The translations under genes were made by a program, and so were the position numbers. This document shows, piece after piece, positions 1 to 13,526 of a stretch of DNA of 64,000 nucleotides. The first letter of the stretch is position 1. Every line of letters starts with the position of its first letter. The notes beneath the pieces were generated by a model. That model searched no databases, had not been told where the DNA came from, and saw only the letters and a program-made list of their open reading frames with translations. Source of the stretch: Monocercomonoides exilis PA203 (taxonomy: Eukaryota > Protista > Preaxostyla); contig LSRY02000055.1 in NCBI GenBank assembly GCA_001643675.2, positions 62,001 to 126,000 on the forward strand, in the 5' to 3' direction.

Positions 1-1287
1 CACACTTTTCGTCCTCCACACAAAATTGCCCCTTTCCTCTTCTGTTCTTTTTCACATTGCATTAACACCTACGACTTCTTCTTCCTGCTTCTTAACAATT
101 GAACATTAAAACTCTTCCTCTGAAACGACTTTTCCAGACAATTGTTATTCTTCGAAGTATTAAACTCTAAATGATGTTTTGCTTCCATCAGATGACTCCA
201 AATGGATCATTCTATCAACTTTTCTCTTTGAAGTTCTATCTTTCTCTATTTTTTATTATTTCTCATGTTCAATTCTTATCTCTTTTTCTTTTTTTCATTC
301 AATCGTTTGTTCTTTCTCATACAAATTCTTCATTTTCTTCCTGTTGACTTCTTTTTCTTTTCTTCCCAGCATCTGCCTGAAGAACTCCACCTCAAACAAA
401 AGGGCATCGGCATAACAGAAGAACGATGGATGGAAAAGCGGTGTTAACGAAGGAGAAGAACACATCAGAGTGAATAGGTGAGTGTGTGGGTGTGTTATAA
501 AAAGAAGGCGCATGTTTTGATGAGTGCGTGAATTGAGAAAGAGGCAGCAGAGACGAAGGTTGAGCCGGGAGATGGAAATCAGAGAGGAAGAAGAGAGAGG
601 ATAAGGAATTGTTTGTGTGATTGAACTGAGGCATGGCTCACTGCTGTCAAAGGAAGTTTTCACAGAGGCAGCTGAAGAAGAAGTCGATAAAGATGCTGCA
701 GTTGGTTTTGCAAAAACAGAAAGGGAATTTGACAATGAAGAGAAAGAAGACGAGTTTGAAGTCATTCCAAATATTGTTGTTTGAGCATTTGCAGCTTGAT
801 AAATGTGCTTGTTTTTGTGGAAATTTGGATGGTTCGTGATAGTGGGCACCAAGATTTCTTCTTCTCTCTTTCCTTACCCGCTCATCTTCTCCTCTTTCTT
901 CTTCAAAGTCATCCATGTCCAAAATGTCGTATCGAGTGCCTGAAACATCATAGCTCAGTTCGTTGAGTCTTCCTTCTCCCTTTAAAGACGAAGCAAAAAC
1001 AGGAGAATGGTACACCAGTGAAGAACAAGGTGATGAGTTTTCAGTCAATTCTCGTTCTTACATTGCATGTTAATGTTTGCTGTTTTATCTTTGTTCTCTA
1101 TCAGCTTTTTCAGCTTCTCTCTTTCTGAGATCAAATCCTCCAGCGACTCAAAAAAGTTATCCATTTCTCTGCACCACTTCACTACACAATCACGAATGAA
1201 TGAGACATTGATGTTGAAGTGAATTAGATATTCCATGAAGATATTTGAGATTGTTCTGTTTAAGAAGAAAAAAAGGAAGAAGAAGAG

Positions 1288-1319
<32 letters not shown>

Positions 1320-4300
1320 AGAATTGGAAGGATAAGAAGACAATGAAGATGAAACAGCAGAAGGAGAACAAGAAGAAGAAAATGAAGAGGAAAAGAGATA
1401 AACCTGAGGTATATCATGAGGAGCAAAAGAGTTGGAGCGATGAAGATGGAGATGATGATTTCTTTTGCGATGAGAAAGATGAGAAAGATGAGAATAATTG
1501 GTAGAAGGTGGGAAGAAATCAGTTGTGGTGCTGTTGGGGTATTTTTGAGGAAGAAGAATGAGAATTAAAAGAAGGAGGAGGAGAAGAAGAAGGTGAAGAA
1601 GGTGAAGAAGAGGAAGAGGAAGAAAGCGAAAAGGAACAAAATATGGAAGATTTGAATCACAAAGAAAAAGAAGAAGAAGAAGGTGAAAAATCAGAAGATG
1701 ATAAGGGTTTGAAGGTGGGACAATTGAGAATTGTGAAACGAATTTAAACCTTTTTGAAAGATGTTGAAAATGACTTGAGGAATGTCGATTGATAAAAATA
1801 ATTCATTCGCTGAGTTGATTTCAGATGAAATAGACAATCTTCATTACAAAACATGTGAAAATCAGAGAGATACAAACAGATGAAGAAGTTAGTCCACAAA
1901 TCATCGACTGCCTTTGAGTGGTTGAACTGCTTTGCACCTCAGAAAAAGAAAATTGTGTTTGTCCGTTGGCGTTCATAATTCAAACGAACTTAACATCTGA
2001 TGAGTGTATGGGCAAAGAAGAATTCGAAATCGAAGAAGGCGTTGACAATTGATGAAGTTGACTTCAATGGCAATAATTTCAAATTCAAAAAGAAGAAAAT
2101 GACGAATTTTTTGATTATGTGATTGATGTGTCGATTCTGGCAATGAACATCTTTTGTTGAGTGAAACTGTTGAGAATGTTAAGGCGAAGAAAAATTGAAG
2201 ATATCAGCTTTTCCAAGTCATGTTGCGCGATAGAAAAAACTGAATGTGTTCTGAATGCGAATGCCCAGCCTAATCATCAGCCTCTTCAAAAGAGTCGCTT
2301 CTGCCAAATACTCTCACAAATAAGTCAAACAAACTGCTTTTCTCTTTCTAACAAACTCATGTTAAGCATAGTTGGGCTATGCATCACACAAGACATATGG
2401 CTGAAGCCACAATTGTCATCGTCGAATGCAGTTCATTCAAGAATAATCTCAAAACTTCTGAATCTTTTGAAAAAGGATAAAATGGCTTCTTTCCATGGCA
2501 TTCCTGTTCATGACCAATCTGTAGTCATTCAAAGAATACCATTGAAGAATAATGAATGAAACAAAAAAATTCAAACCATCTTTTTTTTTGACCTAGAATT
2601 ATTTTCCCATCTCCAATGGATTGGTAATTATCAACCCTGCTGGCTTTCTTGTTCTCCCAAATCACCTCTCGCCACATAAAAAAACAGACAACTGAACAAT
2701 AAATGACTGGCAAAGAACGTCATCCAACACAAAGAATCCTTTATGAAACCGATAATGATGCAAGTGAAAATAAATATTCACCAAATGATAAAGTAATGAA
2801 CTCCTTTTCAAAGACTTATTCAATATTAAGTCTTTGCTGATAGCTTTCCAACTTGCTTCGTTCAAAAGGCAAAAGATTGTTGTTGAGGCTTGCTGTATGC
2901 CTCGCTCAATTCGCTTCTTCCATTCTTCAAACCCCCAATTCCCTTTCCTTTTCCATGAAATCCAACCTTCTTCCAAAAAACAATGTCAAACAAATCCTGT
3001 GCAAAAAATTATACCAAGTGCAACGCATATCCCACAAAATGAACAAGTGGTGCAATTCAATCTTTCTGATATTCTCCTCGCTTTTTTTGTTTCTTGCTTG
3101 AGTTATTTTTCATTCAAAATATCACAGCCGATGTTGCGTCATATGTTTTGCAATACACAGCTAAGTTCAAATCTCAACAATTTTCCTCCACCAATCCACT
3201 TTTCGCAAACAATAGATGCAAACAGCCACCCGCTCCTCCATCTGCAGGCAAAATTCCTGTTCTTCTGCGGTGCCATAACTCGCATGGGTGCATCTGTGGT
3301 CGTGTTCTCAAGAGCTCAAACATGCACATATGCAGAAAAGCATCAATCAAAAATCTTCACTTATAAAATTATAGGTTGGACACCCTTATTAAATAACAAA
3401 ACAATAAATAACTGATTTGTTGCACTTCGATTTGCCTGCTTTGTGCAAAAGAATGAAAATGATGCAGAGGAATAAATTAGTATTTTTTCATTTTCAGATT
3501 TTTAATAATATTTTTGACTTTTTTGAAGCAGATGTTCCTGCAACATTCAGAAATGGAATCAATATGTTGCTTCACCTTGATTTTGCCTAATGCACAGGAC
3601 CAGCAACAAATGTTTTATGGTGTGCACAGAGCATTGCTGAATCACTATTCAGGCGATTTTATCTGTTCTTTTTTTATTATTTTGAAAAAAAAAATTATTT
3701 ATTAACTTTTGAAAGGGGCTTGGGCGATTGAACAATTTGAGGAATGCTGTGCAAAAAGGGGAAAGCGAAGAAATGGATGGAATACGGGAAGATGTGAGAT
3801 TTGAAGAGACGGGTGCGATTTGTGAAGTGGGTTGTTGAAAAGAAAATGGAGAAAATGGCGGATGAAAAGGGATTAGGATTGGGGTTGGGATTTTGGCGTT
3901 GGAGTATCGGGAGATGTTTTGAAGGGCCAAAGGTTAAACGGGACGGTGACTTGTTTTTCTTTGAAAAGGAAAAGATTTGAAAGGAAGAATTCTGATGAAG
4001 AGAAGAAAAACGAAAAATAAAAGGATGAAATGCTCCTGTGGGAGTGTTTGCAATGGAACGTAATTCTGAATGAAGGCCTTTCAGTGGAATTGCTGTTGAT
4101 TTGTGTGGCTTGCCTGCTGAAAGGTGTGTTGGAGAAAGAAGGATAGGGAGGAGACTCAAAAAGAAGTTGAAATGAGTTTGCTCGGCTTGAGTCATTTTCA
4201 CACAACGTTCAAGTGTGTCTTATTTTTTTTTCAATTTTTTTTTTTTTTTTTTTTTTTGAAATGTATTTATTTTGAATTGGAGACAGATAACGAGTGATAT

Positions 4301-5379
4301 TTGAAGGAAGAAGCAGGAAGCATCAAGCGCAATCAGTTGCAGCACGATTTGAGGGGACTTGCGAATGGATGAGTTTTGGAGAAATTGATGAAGAGATTGA
4401 TGAAGAACAGAGATGGAGGAAGTTAGAGTGAATGAACTGGGTTTTGGAAAAAAGATTCAAAAGAAGTGGGAGAGATGGGAAAGGATGTGGATTGGAAGAG
4501 AAAATATGATGAGAGGATGAGGGAAGAAAGAGAATAGTTAAATTCTGATGTGTGTGATTGCAAGAAGATGAAGAAGAGAAATATGAAGAAATAAACATTT
4601 TCAGTTTCTGAGGGGAAAGAGGATGCGACCACTCAAGAGCAGTCAATGAACAGTGGATATCCAATTCAATAGGTATGCATCAATCTGTTTGTTGTATTTT
4701 TTGTGATTATGTTTTTCTTATTATTATGAAATTCTTTTGTCAAATACAATATTTTATCTCAATAACAACATCACATAAACCCTTTTCATCATCTTCAGAA
4801 ATATCATTCGATTGATTGCACATTTCTCTTTAACCACATTTCTTCTTCTTCTACTTTTTCGTTCAACAAAAATGAAGCTATTCTTCAATTAAACAGTGCT
4901 TTCTCCAAGTATCTTTATTTTTCGATAAAATGTTTTTTTTTTTTCATCTTTCAACGTAACTTATGTTTATTCTTTTTCTCCTTCAACAGTGTCTGTTGAA
5001 TTCTAATAAATTGCTTGTATTGTTTCAAAACCATGATAGATAATGTCCAATTGTCAGATAAATTGATTATTTAACAAATAACAAAAAGTGATGAAATGTT
5101 CATATGATCTAAATATGAAAAAGAAATAAAAATAGGAAAATGTGTGGACTTCAAAAAAGTATTTAAAACATAAAAACTAATTACAAACGATATAAGAATG
5201 ATAATGAATAAATGAAATAAAAATTCGATGAAGAAGACGCAGTTTCAGATACATTTCTTAAAGGTGAATTGTTTCTATTTCTTGTCGCGCTGGTTGGCTT
5301 TTAGCATTTTCATGAGTCTTCTTCAGAAATTTCTCGAGCTCGTTCATATTTTTCAAAACATTTTTCTGTTGAAATAAAT

Positions 5380-6020
5380 AATGTGAATATGGTTTTTCAT
5401 TTCAAAAAATGCATTGTTCTTTAATCATAAAAAATAATATAAAATATACACACAAATATTTTTTAGACTCAACAAAATACAAAAAATTATAAATACGTTC
5501 CATTTTCCTGAAAATAAATCAAATTGAAAATCTCGATCACAAAAGTGGTCACTAATTTTTCTTCAGATTTTGCAACAAACAGACATAAAAAGATGTGGGG
5601 AAGCGGTTTGTGAGGAAATCTGAGAAAAAATAAGTGACCACTTTTGTGATCGCCAGTCATTTGGAAAAACACTTTTATTAAGGTTCTCATCAAATTTGAT
5701 CCATTGAATGATCGAAACTATAATTAAACTGAAAATTGAAATGACTGGCGATCACAAAAGTGGTCACTAATTTTTTCTCAGATTTCCGCACAAACCGCTT
5801 CCCCACATCTTTTTATGTCTGTTTGTTGCAAAATCTGAAGAAAAATTAGTGACCACTTTTGTGATCGAGATTTTCAATTTGACATATTTTCAAGAAATGT
5901 TGACTTTTTTTTGGTTTTTGTATTTTATTGAGTCTTAAAAATATATATGTATATATTCAATATTTTTTTTTATGATTAAAGAACAATGCATTTTTTGAAA
6001 TGAAAAACCATATTCACATT
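5380..6020. mobile_element. Foldback/MITE-like palindrome (arms about 280 bp, loop about 76 bp) with nested inverted repeats
   Basis: AATGTGAATATGGTTTTTCATTTCAAAAAATGCATTGTTCTTTAATCATAAAAAA at 5380 is the reverse complement of about 5966-6020. The arms pair inward to 5662/5739. No TSD was found. Confidence 0.75.
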
Positions 6021-6509
6021 TTATGACAATTATAAAAGCGACAATAACAGCAATCAGTGCGATAATTTACATCAAAAATGTGTCAGCCCGCGAATGGAAT
6101 ATCAATGAAAATGAAAAAATATAGAATCCACATTCAGAAATTTGTCTGTAAGCGATTCTTTTTTATGAGTATTTTTTAGTGATTCAAGTCGTTAACGTCA
6201 AATGCTTGCTGTTTATTTCGTATGCAGCACAAGGCACATATTGCAATCTGTTCTATGCATCGAACGCAAACTTTGAAGCGAATAGAAACGAATATTAGTG
6301 GATGAAAAGCGAGAGACGAACGACACGCTTTTTCGAATGCAAACACCACTGTATAATTCTCTCACAAGTTCCACTTACCAGACAGTCTGTACACATACAA
6401 TGGGAAAGAGTGTGGCAGCTTTATGGGGTCATATTTTGGATGTTACACATTGCTGATTCAGATAAGTGTGGTGTAAGCAGTGGAGAAAGATGAGGCAATG
6501 GTTTCATCC

Positions 6510-9435
6510 AAGGGCTTAACATGTCAACTTTGGACATGTTCAAATTGACATCGTGTGTGGCAGATGCACTGGAGAAGAAGAAGATCATCCGTCCGAATGA
6601 GATTGTGATTGTGGAGCAGACGCAGTGAATGTCACTAGAAGAGGGGGTATTTGAAGAGGCGAAGCTTGATGCGCACAGAACAGCAAACTTTGTGGACCAG
6701 TAAGTGAATACAGATATTTTCGGTAAATTTCAGTTTTTTTCATTCAAGATTGCCTGGATTCTCGAAGGAGAGGGAGGTCAGGAAAGCAGAAAAAAAGAAT
6801 GCAAAATATTTTGAGCTTGATTAAAGAAAAGAAAAAAATTTCAAACAGATCGTCTAATGCAATGGTGAAGATTTGAAGCAATGTGGTGTGTTAAAATTTT
6901 CTTTTAATCATTACAAATAATTTTTGTGTATTTATTTTAAAATATACTTATTTTTTTCATTTTTGCTATTTTTTGAGCTTTTTTTTCATTATTCATTATG
7001 AACTTCCTCTTTTTCTAGTGAGTTGATCGCATTGGTCATTTTATGAATTTGAACGTTGGCAATCTGCATCGAATTGCCTGTCTAAACTGTATCTGCATAG
7101 AAATCGTTGAGATGTCCAATCTTTCCAGCTGTTTGGACTCACACAATCAACAACCAGTAAGTTCCATGCAAGAAGCGATGAAAGAGCAATTTTTCATTTT
7201 ATAAGGTTTGTACTATTTTTCGATAATTGTTACAATTGTTTAAATCATATTTCTTATTTTTCTTTTTTTAATTTATTCAAACTCTAACTTTTATTTATTC
7301 AACCAATTTTTACAAAAATATGTAAACCATCACTTTTCATGTTTTCATTTCATTCAATTTTTTCTTCTAAGTTTGGGTGATGTGTCTTTTCCGTGTGCTT
7401 TTTCCAGCGTTTTTATTGCCATTGGAAACAGAACAGATAAAAAAGACTGAACAAGGAGTTATCCCTCCACCCTATCTGCTACCACTGCTATTTCAGTGAC
7501 ACAGCTGACTGCCTCCTCCCCGAGCACACTGGCTTCAACTCCTCATAAGCAACTCGAAATTAACTCTCTTCATCATCATCGCTTTGTTCTTCTTCTCCTT
7601 TCTGAGATCAGTCATCCGCAAGCAGCTTTGATGCTTCCATGATTGAGTCAATTAAGCGCCCTTCATATTCAGCAAACATCCTTTCATATTTCTTTCAAAA
7701 GACATCTCTTTTTCCTCCACCTCCTATTATCATCTAAAAATATTTTTTCTCCCTGACCCTCCAGATTTCCTTCACCTTCGCCTCTCTACAGCTCCAATTG
7801 GAATCTCTTCTTGACACGAACTTCCACTTGAAAGAATCTCTTGCATCTGACATCTTCAATAGTGGAGACACCTTTCTTTTCAAACATCACACGAATTACC
7901 AAAACTACCACATGTTCACACTGAACACAGTCTGATATATCTTCCACGTCTTCAAGTTCATCACAACGATCTTCTTCTTCTTTGATGTCCTCCTCCTGCT
8001 GAAGGGATATCAATAAACAGATAGCTCAATTCTGTTCATCGCAATAAATCACTTTCACGTCTGTTTCTTGCTCCTAAATAAATAAAGTTGTCTCTTTCTG
8101 CCTTTCCAAACTTTGCACTACCGTTGCTGGGCTTGTGTTCTTCAAATTTGAGATTTGCTCCTTCATGTGTGTATAATCTGCAGATGTCAACATTAACTCA
8201 AGTTGAGCTTCCAATTCTTCTTCTGGAGGTGCAAACGATTATCTTCTTGGAATCATCAATAGATGTTTGGGTTGGATGAGAGGCAATGCTCCTGCTCTTC
8301 TTGTCTCGCATTATAAGTCGACAACTCCTCTTATGGAGCGTGTTGGATGCAAATATGGGAACCCATTTACAAATAAACCACAGATAGGGAAACGGGGTCA
8401 TTTGCGTTGCATAACTACAATCTCCTGTGAAAGTTTCAGATGGGAAAAAGAATTCGTTATTGTTCCCGTACGAGATATTCGTTAATGATATGGAGGTTAT
8501 TTAGAGAAAGAAGGAGAAAGAGAGAAGGAGAGAAAGATGGAGGCTTCAATAGAATAGGAAATGAGAATGACAAAAGAAGATTCTCGCCCTTGGAGATATA
8601 CGGAGAAATCTTATTGAGTTATTCATCTTCCTCATCTTCCTTGTTGAAGGCAAAGACGTTTGAGAGTTTTACAGGAGGAAAAGAATAATTAATAAAAGGC
8701 GATGTAATGACAAGGACTGATTATCCTGTGGTAACTTCACGTGACTGCCTATTGTCTTCGATGTCGTCTGAGCGGAAGTGAAACAGAGATATCATGCACT
8801 CCATTGCAAAGAAGAGAGACAAAAGAGGAAGTGGCAGTGGAGGGGGAGTGAGCGGGAGTTGGAAAAAAAAGTTTTGTGTTCTCCTTCAACCACTCATTAT
8901 TGGGAAATGTGCAGCTCCTCTCTTCGCATGTTCTGTCAAGTGCATCGTCTGCTGCCTCTTCAATCGCATTATTTATTTCTTTGTCCAAGCTCATCGTTTC
9001 GTCTTCTGCTAATACCGTCGTTTGCATCAGGCAAGCATCTGGAAATACATCCTCCTCTTCACATTCTTAGCATGACAATAGGAGTAACTTAGCGGAATTA
9101 CTGAATTATCAATTTTCCGTCTCTCCTTCCTCAAAGATTCTTTTTGCAGGATAGCCTTCATTCTCTTTCATCTGATCGCTCATATCCTCGTCACCTAAGT
9201 GGTTAAAAAATGTTAGAAAGATTGCGTTATCCACACGCAAACCGTCTATCTCATTGTTCTCCTCATCTTCATCTTCTCCATCTTCTCCAGCAGAAACAGA
9301 CCTCTCTCTCCACCATTAACCATGCCATCGTTCTGAGATTGTCATGGCTCGCAGCATAAGAGCAATGCATCCTCTCCTCCACCGACGCTATCTCAACCGC
9401 TGTGCTCAAGTGGCTGCTGCTTCTGGTGCTTCACA

Positions 9436-9468
<33 letters not shown>

Positions 9469-12400
9469 GTTGCTTCTCTCTTCTAGAAACAGATTTCTGA
9501 CAAGCGAAGAGCAGCAGACGAGGAGGATGAGGACAGCAGTTCGGAAGAAGAAGGAAAAGACAATATTTTTTTCTCCCACCAGATGTGTTTGAGGCGCTGC
9601 CGCTGTTTGCGGAGTTTCGGATGGTGGAGCGGTATGCGGAGAATCTGGAGAATAGGAAGAAGTTGAAGGCGATGAAGATGACTGAAAAGAAGAGGATCAA
9701 GAAGTGATTTTGGAGGATTCAATGAACAACCACAAAGAAGTTGCTTGAAAAGCAAAGACAATAAAAAAGAAACAGAAAAGAATACAAACACAAAAGAGTC
9801 TATTCAAAACAACAAAAAAGGCGAAACGAATTATAATGAGCCAAAACCAGAGCCTCTTTCATTGCAAAAGCATCAAAAACAACTTCCTCTCTCCCACCTT
9901 CACCTTCTCCACAGCCTAAACAATATCCTTCAGAACGAGGCACCTTTGGAACAATACACTTTACGCGAGGGAAGCGAATGGACGGTGGATGAAGAGGAGT
10001 CGGAGGGAGATCGTTGATTGCGTACAGCCAAGAGATGGAGATGGGGAGAGGGGCTGTTGGTGCACAAAAAACGCTTCCATCAACAGTTGTTGTTGTTGGA
10101 GGAGGAGCGGTGATGTTGAGTGTTGTATGGATGAAGAATTTCAACAGAGAAGAAACAAGGGCGATACAAGATGAGTTTCAGAATGAGAAAGGGAAGGTGG
10201 ACGATGAAGAGGCGAAGATCACGTTCAATTCATTGGAATCTGATGATCAGAGATAAAAACTACTTCTGCTGATGAAACTGCAGGATATACAGAAGAAGAA
10301 GAAGGAAAAAGAAGAAAAAGACATGAATCCGTTTGCAGAATCCAAGGAATACTACTACCACACCTTGAGACAGGCACGCCGACCAACCAGAAAGAGAACA
10401 AAATGACAAGCGAGGTGCAGCAAGAGGCGAAAGAAAGCCAAACGCCAATTTTGACCAGAGAGCGGAAATTGGACTGCACGTTGAATGATTTAGCGAATTC
10501 TGACCTGGAAGATTTGAGCGATGAACTGGATGTGCCCTGCCGTTATGTGCGTATCAAAAGCGAGGAAAATGGGCAATTTGCGTGGAAGATGAGGAAGATG
10601 CCTGTTTATGCAGCAGTCGACGTGAGGCAGACAAGAGCGCGGTTGGATCTGATGAGTGCGCTGAAGAGTGAGCTGAGGCAGAGCAGGGCGGAGTTGAGAA
10701 GAGGAAGGGGGATGAAGTGGAGGGGCTGGTGGACATACAAAGAGGAAGCAGAAGAAACACGCAGAAAGGGAAGAAAAGCAGTGGAGAAAGCGTCACCTTT
10801 GCCGTTTCAGAAGGAGAAAGGGATAAGAACATTCAGTTTGAACAGCGTTCCTGGGTAAAGAGAAGCTCTGTCGTTCTCAAAATTGGTATCTTTTTCCGCT
10901 TTGCAGAATTCAACTGCAACGGATTCGATGAAGAAATATCTTTCACTCAATTTGGTAGCGTTTTTTGATTCAGCTGCTGATTTTGCTTCAAATACAAACA
11001 TTGCTCTTCATCCTCTCTCCAACTGCCCTTCTTCGCTTGTCAATTCGTTCATTTTTATGAACATCCAACTTCAATTTTCTCCTTCTTTCAGAATCTCTTC
11101 ATCTCTCTTCCTTTTATCTCAAGCTGTTCATCCATCTGCTTCTAATCCTGCTGCTCCTGACTCACTTTCTCCACTTTCACTGCCTGCTCCTTCTTCTTCT
11201 ACTTCTTTTTCATTCAAATATCATCGAGTTCAGTGCCAGACGTCATCTTTCGTTGCAACTTGGAAAGAAACAAAGAAATACTTATTCTCGATGATACATC
11301 AGCTTAAGTTATATGTCAACTGAAACGATTCTCCACAAAGCAAAGAAAAGTCTGCAAGTTATCAACAACTGAATCAATTCTGACTTTTTCATTTGGAGGC
11401 TGAAGCATTCGAAGTAAAAATGAAAGGACAATGAGGCTATTTTTATTTGGAATGGATGGATTCCAAAAATAGCCTTCGGTCGATTTCACAGCAGCGAAAC
11501 CACAGTGAATTGCAGGAAATGAAACGATGAGTTAGAAAAGCTATTTTGAGGAAAAGACTTAAGTGAAGAGAAATAATATGAGCCTCTAGCGCTAATTGGA
11601 TACAAGCAAGTTGAAATCGGAAAGGTGAAGAAAATATAAACTGAAGAAAATTACTAGATATGTATGAATATATTTCTTTTGAAGATACGACGGCAATGAA
11701 TCTTTTTTCATGAGCTTAATTTGTTGTTGATGGAGAAGAAAAATTAGATGAGGTAATGACGAAGAAATATTTCTATGTGAGCTGATGTCAAGGATTTTGA
11801 TAAAATAAGTGATGATATTTTCTTCAGTTGAAAGTGATGTGAAAGCTTATGAATTTTTCCATGATATGGAAAATGGTGAAAATTGGAAAATGAAGGAAAG
11901 GAAAGAATGCAAGAAAAAGTTCATTATTTCCTGTGATTTATGTATCAACCACGCTGAAGGTGAGTGTTTGAGTTGGAACAAATGTTGATGTGAGGAGGGT
12001 GAGAGAGGCGTCTTGGAGGAGGGAAATGAAGCCGTTGAGGGCATACTCGATGGTGGCGCATGGGGTCTGTTGGGGTCTGCCACATGTATCAGCATCAATT
12101 CCATTGTTAGAAACGATTTTGTTCTGGGCGATGAGGAGGAGCGAGCTGTTGAGCTCTGCTTATTCAAATTATCCGCTACTTCTGTTTACGTTGGATGAAT
12201 TCGATGAAACGAATAAAAGGAAAGGAAATTTGTTAGCTGTTCAAAGACGAAAAGAAAAAAGAGAAATAACTATTATTTATAAATTGGTTTCAATTATTTT
12301 GTTTTCTTTTTTTTCATTTATATTCTTCTTTGTAAACTTTTTCTTTTCAATGTTTTGTTTTTCCAGTTAAGAAATATCTATTTACCTTTTAAAGATTGGT

Positions 12401-12620
12401 TTTTCAATTTTTATAAAACTTGATCAAAAAATTCTATTTCATAAAAAAACATAAAAAAGGTATGTTTTTTTGAAAGAGACAATAAAACAAATATATATTA
12501 CAGATATTAAAGCTAAATACTTGCAAAAAATCATTAATATTCTTTGATCATTAAATACCACAATAGAATTTATTATTTCGATTTTTGATCTTTTTTTATG
12601 ATATCAAAAAAAATCACCCA
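6510..12620. repeat. Left arm of large inverted duplication IR1 (partner 28800-34640); contains decayed low-complexity coding-like sequence
   Basis: Colinear reverse-complement matches: 6510-6720/34430-34640, 6860-7200/33950-34300, 7680-8110/33050-33480, 9300-9800/30860-31870, 10720-11400/30040-30690 and 11592-12620/28800-29841. Confidence 0.85.
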
Positions 12621-13526
12621 TCTTGCCCCGAAATTTGATAGAAATATAAAATTACTATTTTCTTTGAAAATTAAACAAAAGGAACTTTTCAAAAAAAATT
12701 AAGACATGTTCTTTTTTCCAACAAAGGAAAATGAATGTTGAGAGAGGAAATTACAAAAGAGGTTCTTGAACATGAACAATACATGATCCTCACAGTCAAG
12801 ACACAACAAAGTCAACAGATTGAATGAGTTTCTCTTGTTCTGTTCAATTCTCTTCACAAATTATATGTTACACAGAATAAAGCTGTTCATCGATGAAGGA
12901 ATTGATTCTTCTAATGCAATCGCTGCAAAAGAACAAACAACTATATTTTTCCTTTCTGAGACAAAAAAAGAGATATATCTTTTATCGTTTGTTGTGAATG
13001 TTGAAATTACCACAAATAAAGAAAAAGTCGCTTGAATAATTGAAAAAAAAAGAACTACAACAAATGGAATTGATAATACAAACTGGAGTAACACAAAATA
13101 GAAAATGAAATAATGACTGTTGATGTTTGCAATGAAAGAAAAAAGAAAAGAAAGGAAAGGAAAGGAAAGGAATCAACTGAAAAGCCAAATTAGAGATTAA
13201 TGAAAAAATTCATTTGACAAGATTCACTCAAAATAATGGTGAGGTGGAGATTCAGCAAACACAAAAACATGAATATATAAAACACAACACTGCTCATACA
13301 AAATCTGCATTCGGAATGGGTGAAAGAAGAAATAAAGTGAAACGCAACAACCAATAAAACACATGAAACAAAAAAAAGGTTGATATCAAAAACAAGAAGA
13401 AATGTGCTGATGAACAAAAAAAAGGGAAGAGAGATACTCTCTCAGACTGATAAAAGATAATTTTGAGGTGGCTTTAAAAACAAAAACATTTTTCCAACAA
13501 AAACACAATTATCACCAACTCTTCAT

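Noticed and set aside
1-4700. Possible genes in the first 4.7 kb
   Set aside because: Low-complexity, coding-like composition but stops in all frames and no recognisable domain. Probably decayed paralogue fragments; no call can be supported.
11847-12370. Identical 106/126-aa ORFs in both IR1 arms as conserved genes
   Set aside because: Identity reflects nucleotide-level identity that extends equally into flanking non-coding DNA, so it is not evidence of protein-level selection.
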